The position numbers and the translations under genes were made by a program. Below the pieces are notes generated by a model, which had not been told where the DNA came from, did not search any database, and saw nothing but the letters and a program-made list of their open reading frames with translations. This document shows, piece by piece, positions 39,636-48,172 of a DNA stretch of 64,000 nucleotides. The DNA is from Myxococcota bacterium (lineage in GTDB: Bacteria > Myxococcota_A > UBA9160 > PR03). The DNA lies in the NCBI GenBank assembly GCA_041611735.1, contig JBFIML010000001.1, positions 91,743 through 155,742 of the forward strand, given 5' to 3'. Numbering within the stretch: the first letter of the stretch is position 1; each line of letters begins with the position of its first letter.

Positions 39636-41605
39636 GCGCCGAGGCTCTGGCGATCGCGCTGGTCCTCGCGGCCGCCGGGCTCTGGATGGCGCGTCCGGCG
39701 TCGGGCCGGTGGCCGGCGCTGAGGATGGCAGCCGTCGGGATCGCTGCCGCGGCGGTGGCGCTGGCGGCGGACCGCGTGCCCCGGACGCCGGAGGAGACGC
39801 AGATCACCAACCGTCCCATCCAGGTGCGCGAGGACGGCTATGTCTCCTCCTCCGCCTGCCGCGCCTGCCATCCGGCGAACTACGCCAGCTGGCACGCGTC
39901 CTGGCACCGCACCATGACCCAGGTGGCAGACCGCAGCGCCGTCCTCGGCGACTTCGGGGGGATCGAGGTCGAGGCCTATGGCGAGAGCTACCGCCTCGAG
40001 CGGCAGGGCGACGCCTTCTGGGTGGAGATGCCGGACCCGGAGCACGTCGGGGGCGGAAAGACTCCTCGCGTGCGCCGCCGCATCCTCTTGACCACCGGCT
40101 CCCACCACGAGCAGGACTACTGGTACGAGACCGGCCACACCCGAAAGCTAGGTTTTCTGCCCCTCACCTGGCTGGTGGAGGAAGCGCGCTGGATTCCGTT
40201 CGGAGCGGCCTTCCTGATGCCGCCGGAGGTGAGGTCGCCCTCGCCGGCGCAGCTCGACCGCTGGGAGAGCGCGTGCATCAAGTGCCATGCCACCCACGGC
40301 AAGCCGCGCACGGATCCCGCCGACCCGACTCGCATGGACACCAACGTGGCGGAGTTCGGCATCGCCTGCGAGGCCTGTCACGGCCCTGGGGAGGAGCACG
40401 TCCGCGCCAATCGCAGCCCCCTGCGCCGACTGCGCTCGAGGGTCACCGACTCCGCCGATCCGACCATCGTCAACCCGGCGCGCCTCGCGCCCGACCGCGC
40501 GGCCCAGGTCTGTGGCCAGTGCCACGGCATCCACAAGCCCCTCGCGCTGATGCCGCGGGACTGGCACACGGAAGACGACTGGCGCGACCAGGGGCTCACC
40601 TACCGGCCCGGCGACGACCTGGAGGCGAGTCGCTACGTGGTGCGCGTGGCGCGCCTCGGTGAGCGGCGCCTGGAGGAGATCCGCCTCTTCGACCCCCACT
40701 TCCTGGAGGACCGCTTCTGGGCCGACGGCATGGTGCGCGTCTCGGGACGCGAGTACAACGGGCTGATCGAGTCGCCGTGCTTCGCGCGCGGCGCGGGCGA
40801 GCGCCAGCTCACCTGCCTCTCGTGCCACGTGATGCATCCGGACCGGGACGACCCGCGTCCCCTGGCGGTCTGGGCCGACGACCAGCTCGGGCCGGGACTC
40901 GACGGGGATCGGGCCTGCCTCGGCTGCCACCCGCGCTTTGCCGACGGGGCGTCGCTCGTCGCCCACACGCACCACCAGGCCGACTCCACCGGAAGCCGCT
41001 GCGCCAACTGCCACATGCCCTATACCACCTGGGGGCTGGTGAAGGCGATCCGCAGTCACACGATCTCGAATCCCTCGGTGCGGGAGAGCCGCGACGCCGG
41101 GCGCCCCAACGCCTGCAACGCCTGCCACCTGGACCGGACCGCCGCATGGACGGGCCGCTGGCTCGCCGCCTGGTGGGGTGTCGAGGCGGTCCCGCTCCCG
41201 CCGGTGATCGAGCGCGTCCCGCTGGCGCTGGTCTGGGGGCTCGGCGGCGACGCAGGGCAGCGGGCGCTGGTCGCCTGGGCCTTGGGCTGGGAGGCGGCCC
41301 GGGAGGTCTCCAACGCCGCGAACGGCTGGACGGCGCGGCTGCTGGCCCAGCTCCTGCTGGACCCGTACGACGCGGTGCGGATCGCGGCGGCCCGGTCGTT
41401 GCTTCGGCAGCCGGGCTTCGCGGACTTCGAGGTCGACCCGCTGGCGTCGGCCGAGGCGCGTCGCGAAGCGGCGGCACGGGTGGTCGCCCGCCGGTCCGTG
41501 AACCTGGGCCTCCTGATCGAGGACCCGGACCGCACCCTCCCGCCCGACGTACTCGACCGCATCTACGCCCAGCGCAACGACCGCCGCATCTGGCTGCGGG
41601 AATAG
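39632..41605 (+). CDS. Membrane-anchored octaheme c-type cytochrome with a HEAT-like C-terminus
   Basis: 8 CxxCH motifs: CRACH, CIKCH, CEACH, CGQCH, CLSCH, CLGCH, CANCH, CNACH; N-terminal hydrophobic segments. Confidence 0.88.
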   Translation: MSAEALAIALVLAAAGLWMARPASGRWPALRMAAVGIAAAAVALAADRVPRTPEETQITNRPIQVREDGYVSSSACRACHPANYASWHASWHRTMTQVADRSAVLGDFGGIEVEAYGESYRLERQGDAFWVEMPDPEHVGGGKTPRVRRRILLTTGSHHEQDYWYETGHTRKLGFLPLTWLVEEARWIPFGAAFLMPPEVRSPSPAQLDRWESACIKCHATHGKPRTDPADPTRMDTNVAEFGIACEACHGPGEEHVRANRSPLRRLRSRVTDSADPTIVNPARLAPDRAAQVCGQCHGIHKPLALMPRDWHTEDDWRDQGLTYRPGDDLEASRYVVRVARLGERRLEEIRLFDPHFLEDRFWADGMVRVSGREYNGLIESPCFARGAGERQLTCLSCHVMHPDRDDPRPLAVWADDQLGPGLDGDRACLGCHPRFADGASLVAHTHHQADSTGSRCANCHMPYTTWGLVKAIRSHTISNPSVRESRDAGRPNACNACHLDRTAAWTGRWLAAWWGVEAVPLPPVIERVPLALVWGLGGDAGQRALVAWALGWEAAREVSNAANGWTARLLAQLLLDPYDAVRIAAARSLLRQPGFADFEVDPLASAEARREAAARVVARRSVNLGLLIEDPDRTLPPDVLDRIYAQRNDRRIWLRE

Positions 41606-41676
41606 CGGGGACGCTCCTGACGGATTGACTTCTCCTGCGGCCGCGGCGCCGACGCCTCTCGACCCACGGGAGAGAG

Positions 41677-43284
41677 TCAATGCGTCGAGAGCGTGCCCGC
41701 CATTTCCTTGGCGCGGCGGTAGTCGGGCTTGCCGGCGGGGGTGCGGGCGATGGCGTCCACGCAGACGAGGTCGCGGGGCAGCTTGTAGCCAGCGAGGTGC
41801 GGACGGCAGTGGGCGTCGACGGCCGCCAGGGTGACGCGGCGTCCGGGCCGCGGCTGCACCACCGCCACCACGCGCTCGCCCCAGCGCGCGTCCGGCAAGC
41901 CTACCACCACCACGTCGAACACGTCGGGGTGCGACTTCACCACCGCCTCCACCTCCTCGGGGAAGATCTTCTCGCCGCCGGAGTTGATGCACACCGACCC
42001 ACGCCCCAGCAGGTGGATGGCCGCGTCCGCCTCGACCCGGGCCCAGTCCCCCGGCAGCACCCAGCGCGCCCCGTCCACCTCCACGAAGGTGGCCGCGGTC
42101 TTCTCCGGGTCCTTGTAGTACGCCACCGGCACGTTGCCGCGACGCGCGAGCCGCCCCACCGCCCCCGAGCCCGGCGTGACGGGCCGCAGCTTCTCGTCGA
42201 GCACCGCCGTCTGCTCGTTCACCGTGAAGCGCGGGCCCGCCGCGGGCCGTCCCATGTCGAGGACGCTGCCCTGGTAGCCGCTCTCCGACGCCCCGAAGCT
42301 GTCCATCACCAGGACGCCGGGCAGCCGCCCACGCAGCTCCTCCTTCACGGCGGGCGAGAGGATGGCGCCCCCGGAGCCCACCAGCCTCAAGGCGGCGAGG
42401 TCGTAGCGCGCGCCCGGCTCCGCCAGGGCCTCGGCCAGGGGCCGTCCCATGGCGTCGCCCACGATGGCCACCGACGTGACGCGCTCCCGCTCCGCGAGCC
42501 GCCAGATCTCCGCCGCGTCGAAGCCGCGGCCGGTGTAGAGCACGACCCGGTCGCCGGTGTAGAAGGCGCCCAGCGTCACCCACTGGCCACCGCCGTGCAT
42601 CATGGGCGCGGTCACGAGCTGGGAGGCCGGCTCCGCCTTGCGGGCGTTGGCGGCGAGATCCTCGGGCCGGGCGATCCCGGGCCCACCCCAGTTGCCCCCG
42701 CCGAGCGCGCCGAAGAAGGCGTCCTCGTGACGCCACACGACGCCCTTGGGCATGCCGGTCGTACCTCCGGTGTAGATCACGTAGCGGTCGTCGGGGGAGC
42801 GCGGCGGGAAGCCCCGCTCCGGCGACGCGGCGGCCAGGGCCTCCTCGTAGGGGATGGCGCCCAGGCGCTCCGCATCCTCCGTGCTCTCGTCTTCCAGCAC
42901 CACCAGGTGCCGCAGCTTCGGAAGCCCCAGGCGCACGGCGCCCACCAGCGGCCCGAAGCGCCGCTCGTAGACCAGCGCCACGAGATCCGCGTTGTCGAAC
43001 AGGTAGGCCAGCTCCGACTCCACGTAGCGGTAGTTCACGTTGATGGGGACGGCGCGGATCTTGAAGGCGGCGAGCATGGCCTCGACCCACTCGGCGCGGT
43101 TGATGGCCAGGATGCCCATGTGCTGGCCTGCCTCGACGCCCCGGGCCGCCAGGTGATGGGCGAGGCGGTTCGCGCGCCGGTCGAGCTCGCCGTGGGTGAG
43201 GCGCCGCTGCCCGGCTACCAGCGCCTCGCGCTCGCCCGCCGCGTCCACCACGCACTCGAAGAGGTCCGCCAGGTTGAACTCCAC
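41677..43284 (-). CDS. Acyl-CoA synthetase, FadD19-like
   Basis: FNLADLFE, NVNYRY, YTGGTTGMPKGVVWRHED, GRGSVCINSGGEKIFPEEVE, GKPDY. Confidence 0.85.
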   Translation of the reverse strand: MEFNLADLFECVVDAAGEREALVAGQRRLTHGELDRRANRLAHHLAARGVEAGQHMGILAINRAEWVEAMLAAFKIRAVPINVNYRYVESELAYLFDNADLVALVYERRFGPLVGAVRLGLPKLRHLVVLEDESTEDAERLGAIPYEEALAAASPERGFPPRSPDDRYVIYTGGTTGMPKGVVWRHEDAFFGALGGGNWGGPGIARPEDLAANARKAEPASQLVTAPMMHGGGQWVTLGAFYTGDRVVLYTGRGFDAAEIWRLAERERVTSVAIVGDAMGRPLAEALAEPGARYDLAALRLVGSGGAILSPAVKEELRGRLPGVLVMDSFGASESGYQGSVLDMGRPAAGPRFTVNEQTAVLDEKLRPVTPGSGAVGRLARRGNVPVAYYKDPEKTAATFVEVDGARWVLPGDWARVEADAAIHLLGRGSVCINSGGEKIFPEEVEAVVKSHPDVFDVVVVGLPDARWGERVVAVVQPRPGRRVTLAAVDAHCRPHLAGYKLPRDLVCVDAIARTPAGKPDYRRAKEMAGTLSTH

Positions 43285-43286
43285 GC

Positions 43287-44027
43287 TCAGATCTCCTGCG
43301 CCGCCTCGAAGCGCATGCGCATGTGCTCGACCCGTGCGCAGCTCACGGCGCGACGCGGAAGTCCCAGGCTGCGCAGCTCGTCGGCCACGGGGTGGGGGCC
43401 GAGCTCCAGGGTCGCGCCGCCCAGGCGGAAGCCCACGCCCTCGCCACTGGCCACGAAGGGCGTGCGCCGCGGGACGCCGTCGAGCCCGGACCAGGCCGTG
43501 AGCGCCGTGTCGCGCCACGCCCGGCGCCCGGGTCGGCAGGACACCGAGAGGGTGAGCACGTGCACGCCCTCCACGGCGAGGCTCACGCTGCGACGCCCAT
43601 CGTCGTCCCGGAAGCGGATGTCCGCCAGGAACTTGGGGAAGCCCCAGATGCGGCGCCCTGCTTCGCAGGAGAGGCTCGTCGTCACCGGGAGCTGGTGGAT
43701 GTAGGCACCCGCCCGGCCCCGCAGCAGGGCCAGGGCCCCGCCCACCAGGGGGAGGCGCCCCGCGCCGGCGGGCGCCACGAAGAAGGCCACGCCCACTTCG
43801 TGGTAGGCGCCGAGGTCGTTGTCCCGGTACTCGACCCCCGCGATCGAGCAGAGCGTGCGGCCCGGGAGGAGCTCCAGCACCTCGAGGCGCGGGACGGCCA
43901 GCAGCCGCTGCACCGCGGCGCTCGGCACCAGGAAGGTGGCCGAGATCGAGCCCGCGTCGCGCACCTCCAGGGGGAGCTTCACGGTACGGCCCTGGATCAC
44001 GTGCTCCCCGGCGGCAGAAGCGGTCAT
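43287..44027 (-). CDS. Acetoacetate decarboxylase-like family protein
   Basis: EYRDNDLGAYHE, YIHQLPV, GRRIWGFPK (Schiff-base Lys motif). Confidence 0.82.
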   Translation of the reverse strand: MTASAAGEHVIQGRTVKLPLEVRDAGSISATFLVPSAAVQRLLAVPRLEVLELLPGRTLCSIAGVEYRDNDLGAYHEVGVAFFVAPAGAGRLPLVGGALALLRGRAGAYIHQLPVTTSLSCEAGRRIWGFPKFLADIRFRDDDGRRSVSLAVEGVHVLTLSVSCRPGRRAWRDTALTAWSGLDGVPRRTPFVASGEGVGFRLGGATLELGPHPVADELRSLGLPRRAVSCARVEHMRMRFEAAQEI

Positions 44028-44030
44028 GGC

Positions 44031-44729
44031 TCAGTCCTCCAGGCGGTACTCGGACATCGGGTGGCGCTCGACCCGCTCCAGGTCGAGGAAGCGCTGGCAG
44101 CTCTCCAGCATGCGCTCCAGGTTCTTCTCGAAACGCTCCGGCGAGCCCTCCGCCCGGTACCAGCGCATGAGATCGGTCACCGTGTCGGCGGCGAAGCCCT
44201 CCTCCACGATGCCCGACCAGGCGGGGGCGTCGGGGCTGAGGCGGCGCACCACCACGTTGCGCACGTAGGCATGGCTGCTCTGGGTCTCCAGGGCGACGCT
44301 GCGGTGCTCGTCGAGCCAGGCCGTGAGCCAGTCGCCCCAGCCGATCCACGACGGGCGCTCGAGGAAGGCCACCACGTTCACGCCGGGCGTGCGCTCCCCG
44401 GCGGCGACGCGCTCGGGGTTCGCGAGGGCCACCGACTCGGCCACCAGGTAGCCGGCCCGGCGCGCCGCGACCTCGGCCAGCACCGCCTCGTGGGGGCTGT
44501 GCGCGTCGGCGCTCTCCAGCCAGAAGGAGAGCATGGCCGTGAGCGCCGGCTCGACCTGGGTCATGTGCACGGTCGCCGCGTGGGCGACATCCTCGTCCAC
44601 CACGTTCACCGCCAGGCGCTGCGCCCCGAGCTCGCGCAAGCGCTTGGCCACGGGCCCCAGCAGCTGGGCACGCAGCGCCGCCTCCGGCAGCTCGGGCTGC
44701 TTCCAGAGCACGTAGACGAGCTTCTCCAT
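44031..44729 (-). CDS. EthD-domain protein
   Basis: MEKLVY, GYLVAES, WLDEH..VALETQ, YVRNVV, GIVEEGF. Confidence 0.75.
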   Translation of the reverse strand: MEKLVYVLWKQPELPEAALRAQLLGPVAKRLRELGAQRLAVNVVDEDVAHAATVHMTQVEPALTAMLSFWLESADAHSPHEAVLAEVAARRAGYLVAESVALANPERVAAGERTPGVNVVAFLERPSWIGWGDWLTAWLDEHRSVALETQSSHAYVRNVVVRRLSPDAPAWSGIVEEGFAADTVTDLMRWYRAEGSPERFEKNLERMLESCQRFLDLERVERHPMSEYRLED

Positions 44730-44734
44730 GGCGG

Positions 44735-45322
44735 TTACGCCCTTTCCGCCGGGCGCGCTTCCAGGGCGCCCAGGATGCGGTTGGCCAGGTCCTCGGCGGC
44801 GGCGCGCATGGGCGGCTCGAGCATCGCGTTCAGCATGGGCGCCATGGGACCGCCGGGATCCAGGCGCAGCCGGAAGGTGAGGCGCGCCGCGCCGGCCTCC
44901 GCCGTGGCGGGCACCTCGGCGCGCTGCGGCGCCCCGCGCCGACGCCGCAGGAAGAAGCGCGCCAGGGCCTCGAGCCAGCGGGCCAGGAGGCCGCGCCGCG
45001 CCGGCGCCGGCAGGACCGGCCTCCCGCTGCCGTCCTGCTGCATGTGGAACCCGCCCCCGCCCTGGAGCGGCTCGTTGAGACCCTGCAGGGTGAAGGCCAC
45101 GCGCTCCGGGCCGCTCCACTCGGTCACGTGCACCCGGAACTTCACGGTCCGGGTGAGGACGCCCACGTCGCCCTTGAGCGTCCAGACCGAGTCGCTCTCG
45201 CTCTCCTTCACGTGCTCCTGGTAGCCGGCCACGAAGCCGGCCCAGTTGTCCATCTCCCGCACGAAGTCCCAGATCGTCTGGACCGGCAGCCGGGCCGTCG
45301 TCGTGTACTCGACCTCCGGCAC
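44735..45322 (-). CDS. SRPBCC/CoxG-like lipid-binding protein
   Basis: IWDFVREMDNWA..VAGY, WTLKGDVG, GGPMAPMLNAML. Confidence 0.75.
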   Translation of the reverse strand: MPEVEYTTTARLPVQTIWDFVREMDNWAGFVAGYQEHVKESESDSVWTLKGDVGVLTRTVKFRVHVTEWSGPERVAFTLQGLNEPLQGGGGFHMQQDGSGRPVLPAPARRGLLARWLEALARFFLRRRRGAPQRAEVPATAEAGAARLTFRLRLDPGGPMAPMLNAMLEPPMRAAAEDLANRILGALEARPAERA

Positions 45323-45336
45323 CGCCGCCTCGCGTC

Positions 45337-46992
45337 TCAGCTCCGCCCGGCCAGGTGGCGGCCGGCCAGGTAGCCCCAGGTGATGGCGCGCATGTTCGAG
45401 GTGCCGCTCTGGTAGCCGCCGCCCAGGTCGAGGAGGGCGGCGGAGTTGCCCACCGCGTAGAGGCCGGGGATCGGGTGCCCGCGGACGTGCACGACTCGGG
45501 CGTCCGCGTCGGTGCGCAGGCCGTGGGAGTTGATCCCGACACCCACCGGCACCAGCCGCATGCCGTAGTAGGGCGGCCGCTCGATGGGTCCGACACAGGG
45601 GTTCGGATAGCTCGGGTCGCCGGTCAGGCGCACGGCCCAGGGACGCGATCCCTTGCCGAAGTCCGGGTCTTCGCCCCGGCGCGCGTGCGGGTTCCAGCGC
45701 GCGAGGGTGGCCTCGAGCCCGTCCGGGTCGATGCCGAGCTTCTCGGCCAGCGCGCGCGGTGTGTCCGCCTGGGTCACCAGCTCCTCGGGCAGGGGCTGGC
45801 CGGGCATGAAGGAGCCGAGCGGATAGCGGTCGCGGTAGCTCTGGTCGAAGATCAGGAAGGGCGGCTGGTTGGGAAGCGCCTGCTTCTGGCCGTCCCAGGC
45901 GCGCAGCCGCGGCTGGTAGTCCTTGTAGAAGCTCTCGTCGCAGAAGCGCTGGCCGGCCCGGTTCACCCAGATGGCGTGGGGACAGCCGCACTCCCAGGAC
46001 GAGCGATACAGGGGCTTCCCCTCGTGCTCCTCGCCGGGGATCTGGTAGCCGAAGAACATGGCCAGGTTGGTGGGCGGCACGCACGCCAGCGCCGCGCCCA
46101 CCTCGCCCGCCAGCACCAGGTGGTCGCCCTCCACGTAGGGCGGGCAGGCGGAGTTCCAGTCGTGGACGCCCTCGTAACGGCGCGCCAGCTCCCGGTGGTG
46201 GTCGTAGCCGCCGATGGCCAGCACGACGCCGCGCCGGGCGCGTACGAAGAAGTCCCGGCCCTCCTGCTCGGCGCGCACCCCCACCACGGCGCCGTCCTCC
46301 ACCAGGAGCTCGCGCACCGGCGTCTCCACGTGGGCGGGGATCCCGCGGTCCACAAGCGCCGCCTTCAGGAACCAGCCCATCATGCCCTGGCCCCAGGCGC
46401 GCTGGTCACTGGCGATGCGCTGTCCCAGCAGCTCGTAGTTCCACTCCGTCACCTTGGCCAGGCCGCCCCAGGCGTAGAGCTCCTCGTGCAGCACGCCCAG
46501 CGGGAAGTGGGGCGTCAGGAAGGTCTTGCGCTGCCAGGGGCCCAGCTGGGCGCCGTCGAAGAGCTCCACGCACAGGTAGCGCCCCTCGGCGGCGGCCCCG
46601 GGTGCATCCGGGGAGTAGTAGTCCGGCAGGCCGCGCACCGCGAGCCAGCGCACGCCGGCTTCCTTCTCGAAGTACTCCACCGCCGGGCGCATGTTGTCCA
46701 GCAGCCTGCGCTGGAGCTCTGGCTCGGCGAAACCCGCCGCCAGGAACTCGAAGTAGCTCCGTCCGGCCTCGTCCGAGTCGGCCAGGCCCAGGGCGCGCAT
46801 CTTGTGGTTGTTGGGGACGAAGACCTCGCCGCCGCCGTAGGCGCACACTCCCCCCAGCTTGGGCGCCTTCTCCAGCAGCACCGCCTGCTGGCCCCCGTCG
46901 TGGGCCACGATGGCCGCGCAGACCGCGCCGAGGCCCGAGCCCGCCGCCACCACGTCCACCTCCAGATCCCAGCGGGCCGGCTCCGACGCCAT
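45337..46992 (-). CDS. FAD-dependent oxidoreductase, 3-ketosteroid dehydrogenase-like
   Basis: WDLEVDVVAAGSG, PDYY, VNRAGQRFCDES, GEDPDFGKG, IPGLYAVGN, GYQSG; GGAGGAG RBS. Confidence 0.82.
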   Translation of the reverse strand: MASEPARWDLEVDVVAAGSGLGAVCAAIVAHDGGQQAVLLEKAPKLGGVCAYGGGEVFVPNNHKMRALGLADSDEAGRSYFEFLAAGFAEPELQRRLLDNMRPAVEYFEKEAGVRWLAVRGLPDYYSPDAPGAAAEGRYLCVELFDGAQLGPWQRKTFLTPHFPLGVLHEELYAWGGLAKVTEWNYELLGQRIASDQRAWGQGMMGWFLKAALVDRGIPAHVETPVRELLVEDGAVVGVRAEQEGRDFFVRARRGVVLAIGGYDHHRELARRYEGVHDWNSACPPYVEGDHLVLAGEVGAALACVPPTNLAMFFGYQIPGEEHEGKPLYRSSWECGCPHAIWVNRAGQRFCDESFYKDYQPRLRAWDGQKQALPNQPPFLIFDQSYRDRYPLGSFMPGQPLPEELVTQADTPRALAEKLGIDPDGLEATLARWNPHARRGEDPDFGKGSRPWAVRLTGDPSYPNPCVGPIERPPYYGMRLVPVGVGINSHGLRTDADARVVHVRGHPIPGLYAVGNSAALLDLGGGYQSGTSNMRAITWGYLAGRHLAGRS

Positions 46993-47018
46993 GGATCTCC
47001 TCCAGCGGGTGAATGAGA

Positions 47019-47040
47019 ACGGAACGTATAGTATCGTAAT
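47019..47040. promoter_or_regulatory. Putative TetR operator, copy 1, overlapping a minus-strand -10 (TACTAT)
   Basis: acggaacgtatagtatcgtaat, ACG..AC-N5-GT..CGT dyad; 20/22 identical to 56769-56790. Confidence 0.7.
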
Positions 47041-47090
47041 TCCGCTCGGGATCGGGACCCCAGGCCGGGATCCCACCCGACGGAGACCGC

Positions 47091-47711
47091 GTGCCCGCGA
47101 CCCCCCCGAACCATCCCAGCGGCGCCAGCGCCGGTCGCCCGCGCAGCGAGGAGGCCCACCAGGCCATCCTCGACGCGACCCTGGCACTGCTTGCCGAGGT
47201 GGGCTTCTCGGCGCTCACCGTGGAGGGGGTGGCGGGCCGCGCCGGTGTCGGAAAGGCCACCATCTACCGGCGCTGGCCGTCGAAGCTGCCCTTGGTGGTG
47301 GAGGCATTCCGCCAGCTCCCGGGCCTCGAGGAGGTGGACACCGGGAGCCTGGTGGACGACCTGGACGAGATGCTGCGCAGCTACCTCCAGCTGCTGAACG
47401 CGTCGCCGCTGGCGGCGGTGCTCCCGAGCCTGGTGGGCGAGCGCGCCCACAACCCGGAGCTCTCGCAGCTCTTCGACCCCGTGGTGCGCGAGCGACGCCG
47501 ACCGCTCATGCACGCCCTGGAGCGGGCGGTCCGGCGCGGCGAGCTGCCCGCGGACCTCGACCTCGATCTCGCGGCGGACCTGATCGTGGGCCCGATCGCG
47601 GTGCGCCTCTTCTTCACCGGCGGCAAGGTGAGCCCACGCATGGTGGGCCCGGCGCTGGAGCTCGCGCTCCAGGGGATCCGGCGCCGCTCCGGCGGCAACT
47701 CCGGCGCCTGA
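47091..47711 (+). CDS. TetR/AcrR family transcriptional regulator
   Basis: GRPRS, AILDATL, TVEGVAGRAGVGKATIYRRWPSK helix-turn-helix. Confidence 0.93.
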   Translation: MPATPPNHPSGASAGRPRSEEAHQAILDATLALLAEVGFSALTVEGVAGRAGVGKATIYRRWPSKLPLVVEAFRQLPGLEEVDTGSLVDDLDEMLRSYLQLLNASPLAAVLPSLVGERAHNPELSQLFDPVVRERRRPLMHALERAVRRGELPADLDLDLAADLIVGPIAVRLFFTGGKVSPRMVGPALELALQGIRRRSGGNSGA

Positions 47712-47731
47712 GGCCCGCGCGGCGCGCCGGG

Positions 47732-47759
47732 GGCGCCCCCGCCCGCAGGCGGGGGCGCC
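47732..47759. terminator. Stem-loop between convergent genes
   Basis: ggcgcccccgcc-cgca-ggcgggggcgcc, 12-bp stem. Confidence 0.6.
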
Positions 47760-47764
47760 GGAGC

Positions 47765-48070
47765 TCAGGAGCCTCGGACGATGGTGCAGAACTCGCCGAG
47801 GATTCCCAGCAGGTTGCGCGTGTAGTGGTCCACGGACCCGATGTTGGTGATGCCGCCGTTGCGCGCCGCCGTCTGGATGCTGGCGTCGCCGGTGGCGACC
47901 AGACCCAGGATGGACTGCGCGCACGCCTTGCCTTCCCGGCTGCCTACAGTGGTCCCCGCGTCCACCGGTCCGTACACCTCGGTGAACAGCACGCCCATGG
48001 CCGGCGTGTAGACGCTGATGCAGCCCATCAGGAGAACGCCTGCAGTCAGAACCGCAAGAACACGAACCAT
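47765..48070 (-). CDS. TRL-like family lipoprotein
   Basis: LMGC lipobox, GKACAQSILGLVATGDASI..AA..GGIT.I..VD, CTIVRG. Confidence 0.82.
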   Translation of the reverse strand: MVRVLAVLTAGVLLMGCISVYTPAMGVLFTEVYGPVDAGTTVGSREGKACAQSILGLVATGDASIQTAARNGGITNIGSVDHYTRNLLGILGEFCTIVRGS

Positions 48071-48127
48071 TGCAGTACCCCCACAGTTTCGTTGGTCGCG
48101 TCCCACACGAGGGCGCGAGAGGCCTGC

Positions 48128-48157
48128 ATCTTAGGGTTCGGACCGGGCGGCCCGCAA
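48128..48157 (-). promoter_or_regulatory. Possible sigma-70 promoter of the TRL-like gene
   Basis: TTGCGG-18 nt-TAAGAT on the minus strand. Confidence 0.4.
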
Positions 48158-48172
48158 TGTGGGGGCGCAGGG

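Noticed and set aside
39632-41605. Calling the multiheme protein NrfA or HAO
   Set aside because: No CxxCK motif and no recognisable partner genes; only the heme count is supportable
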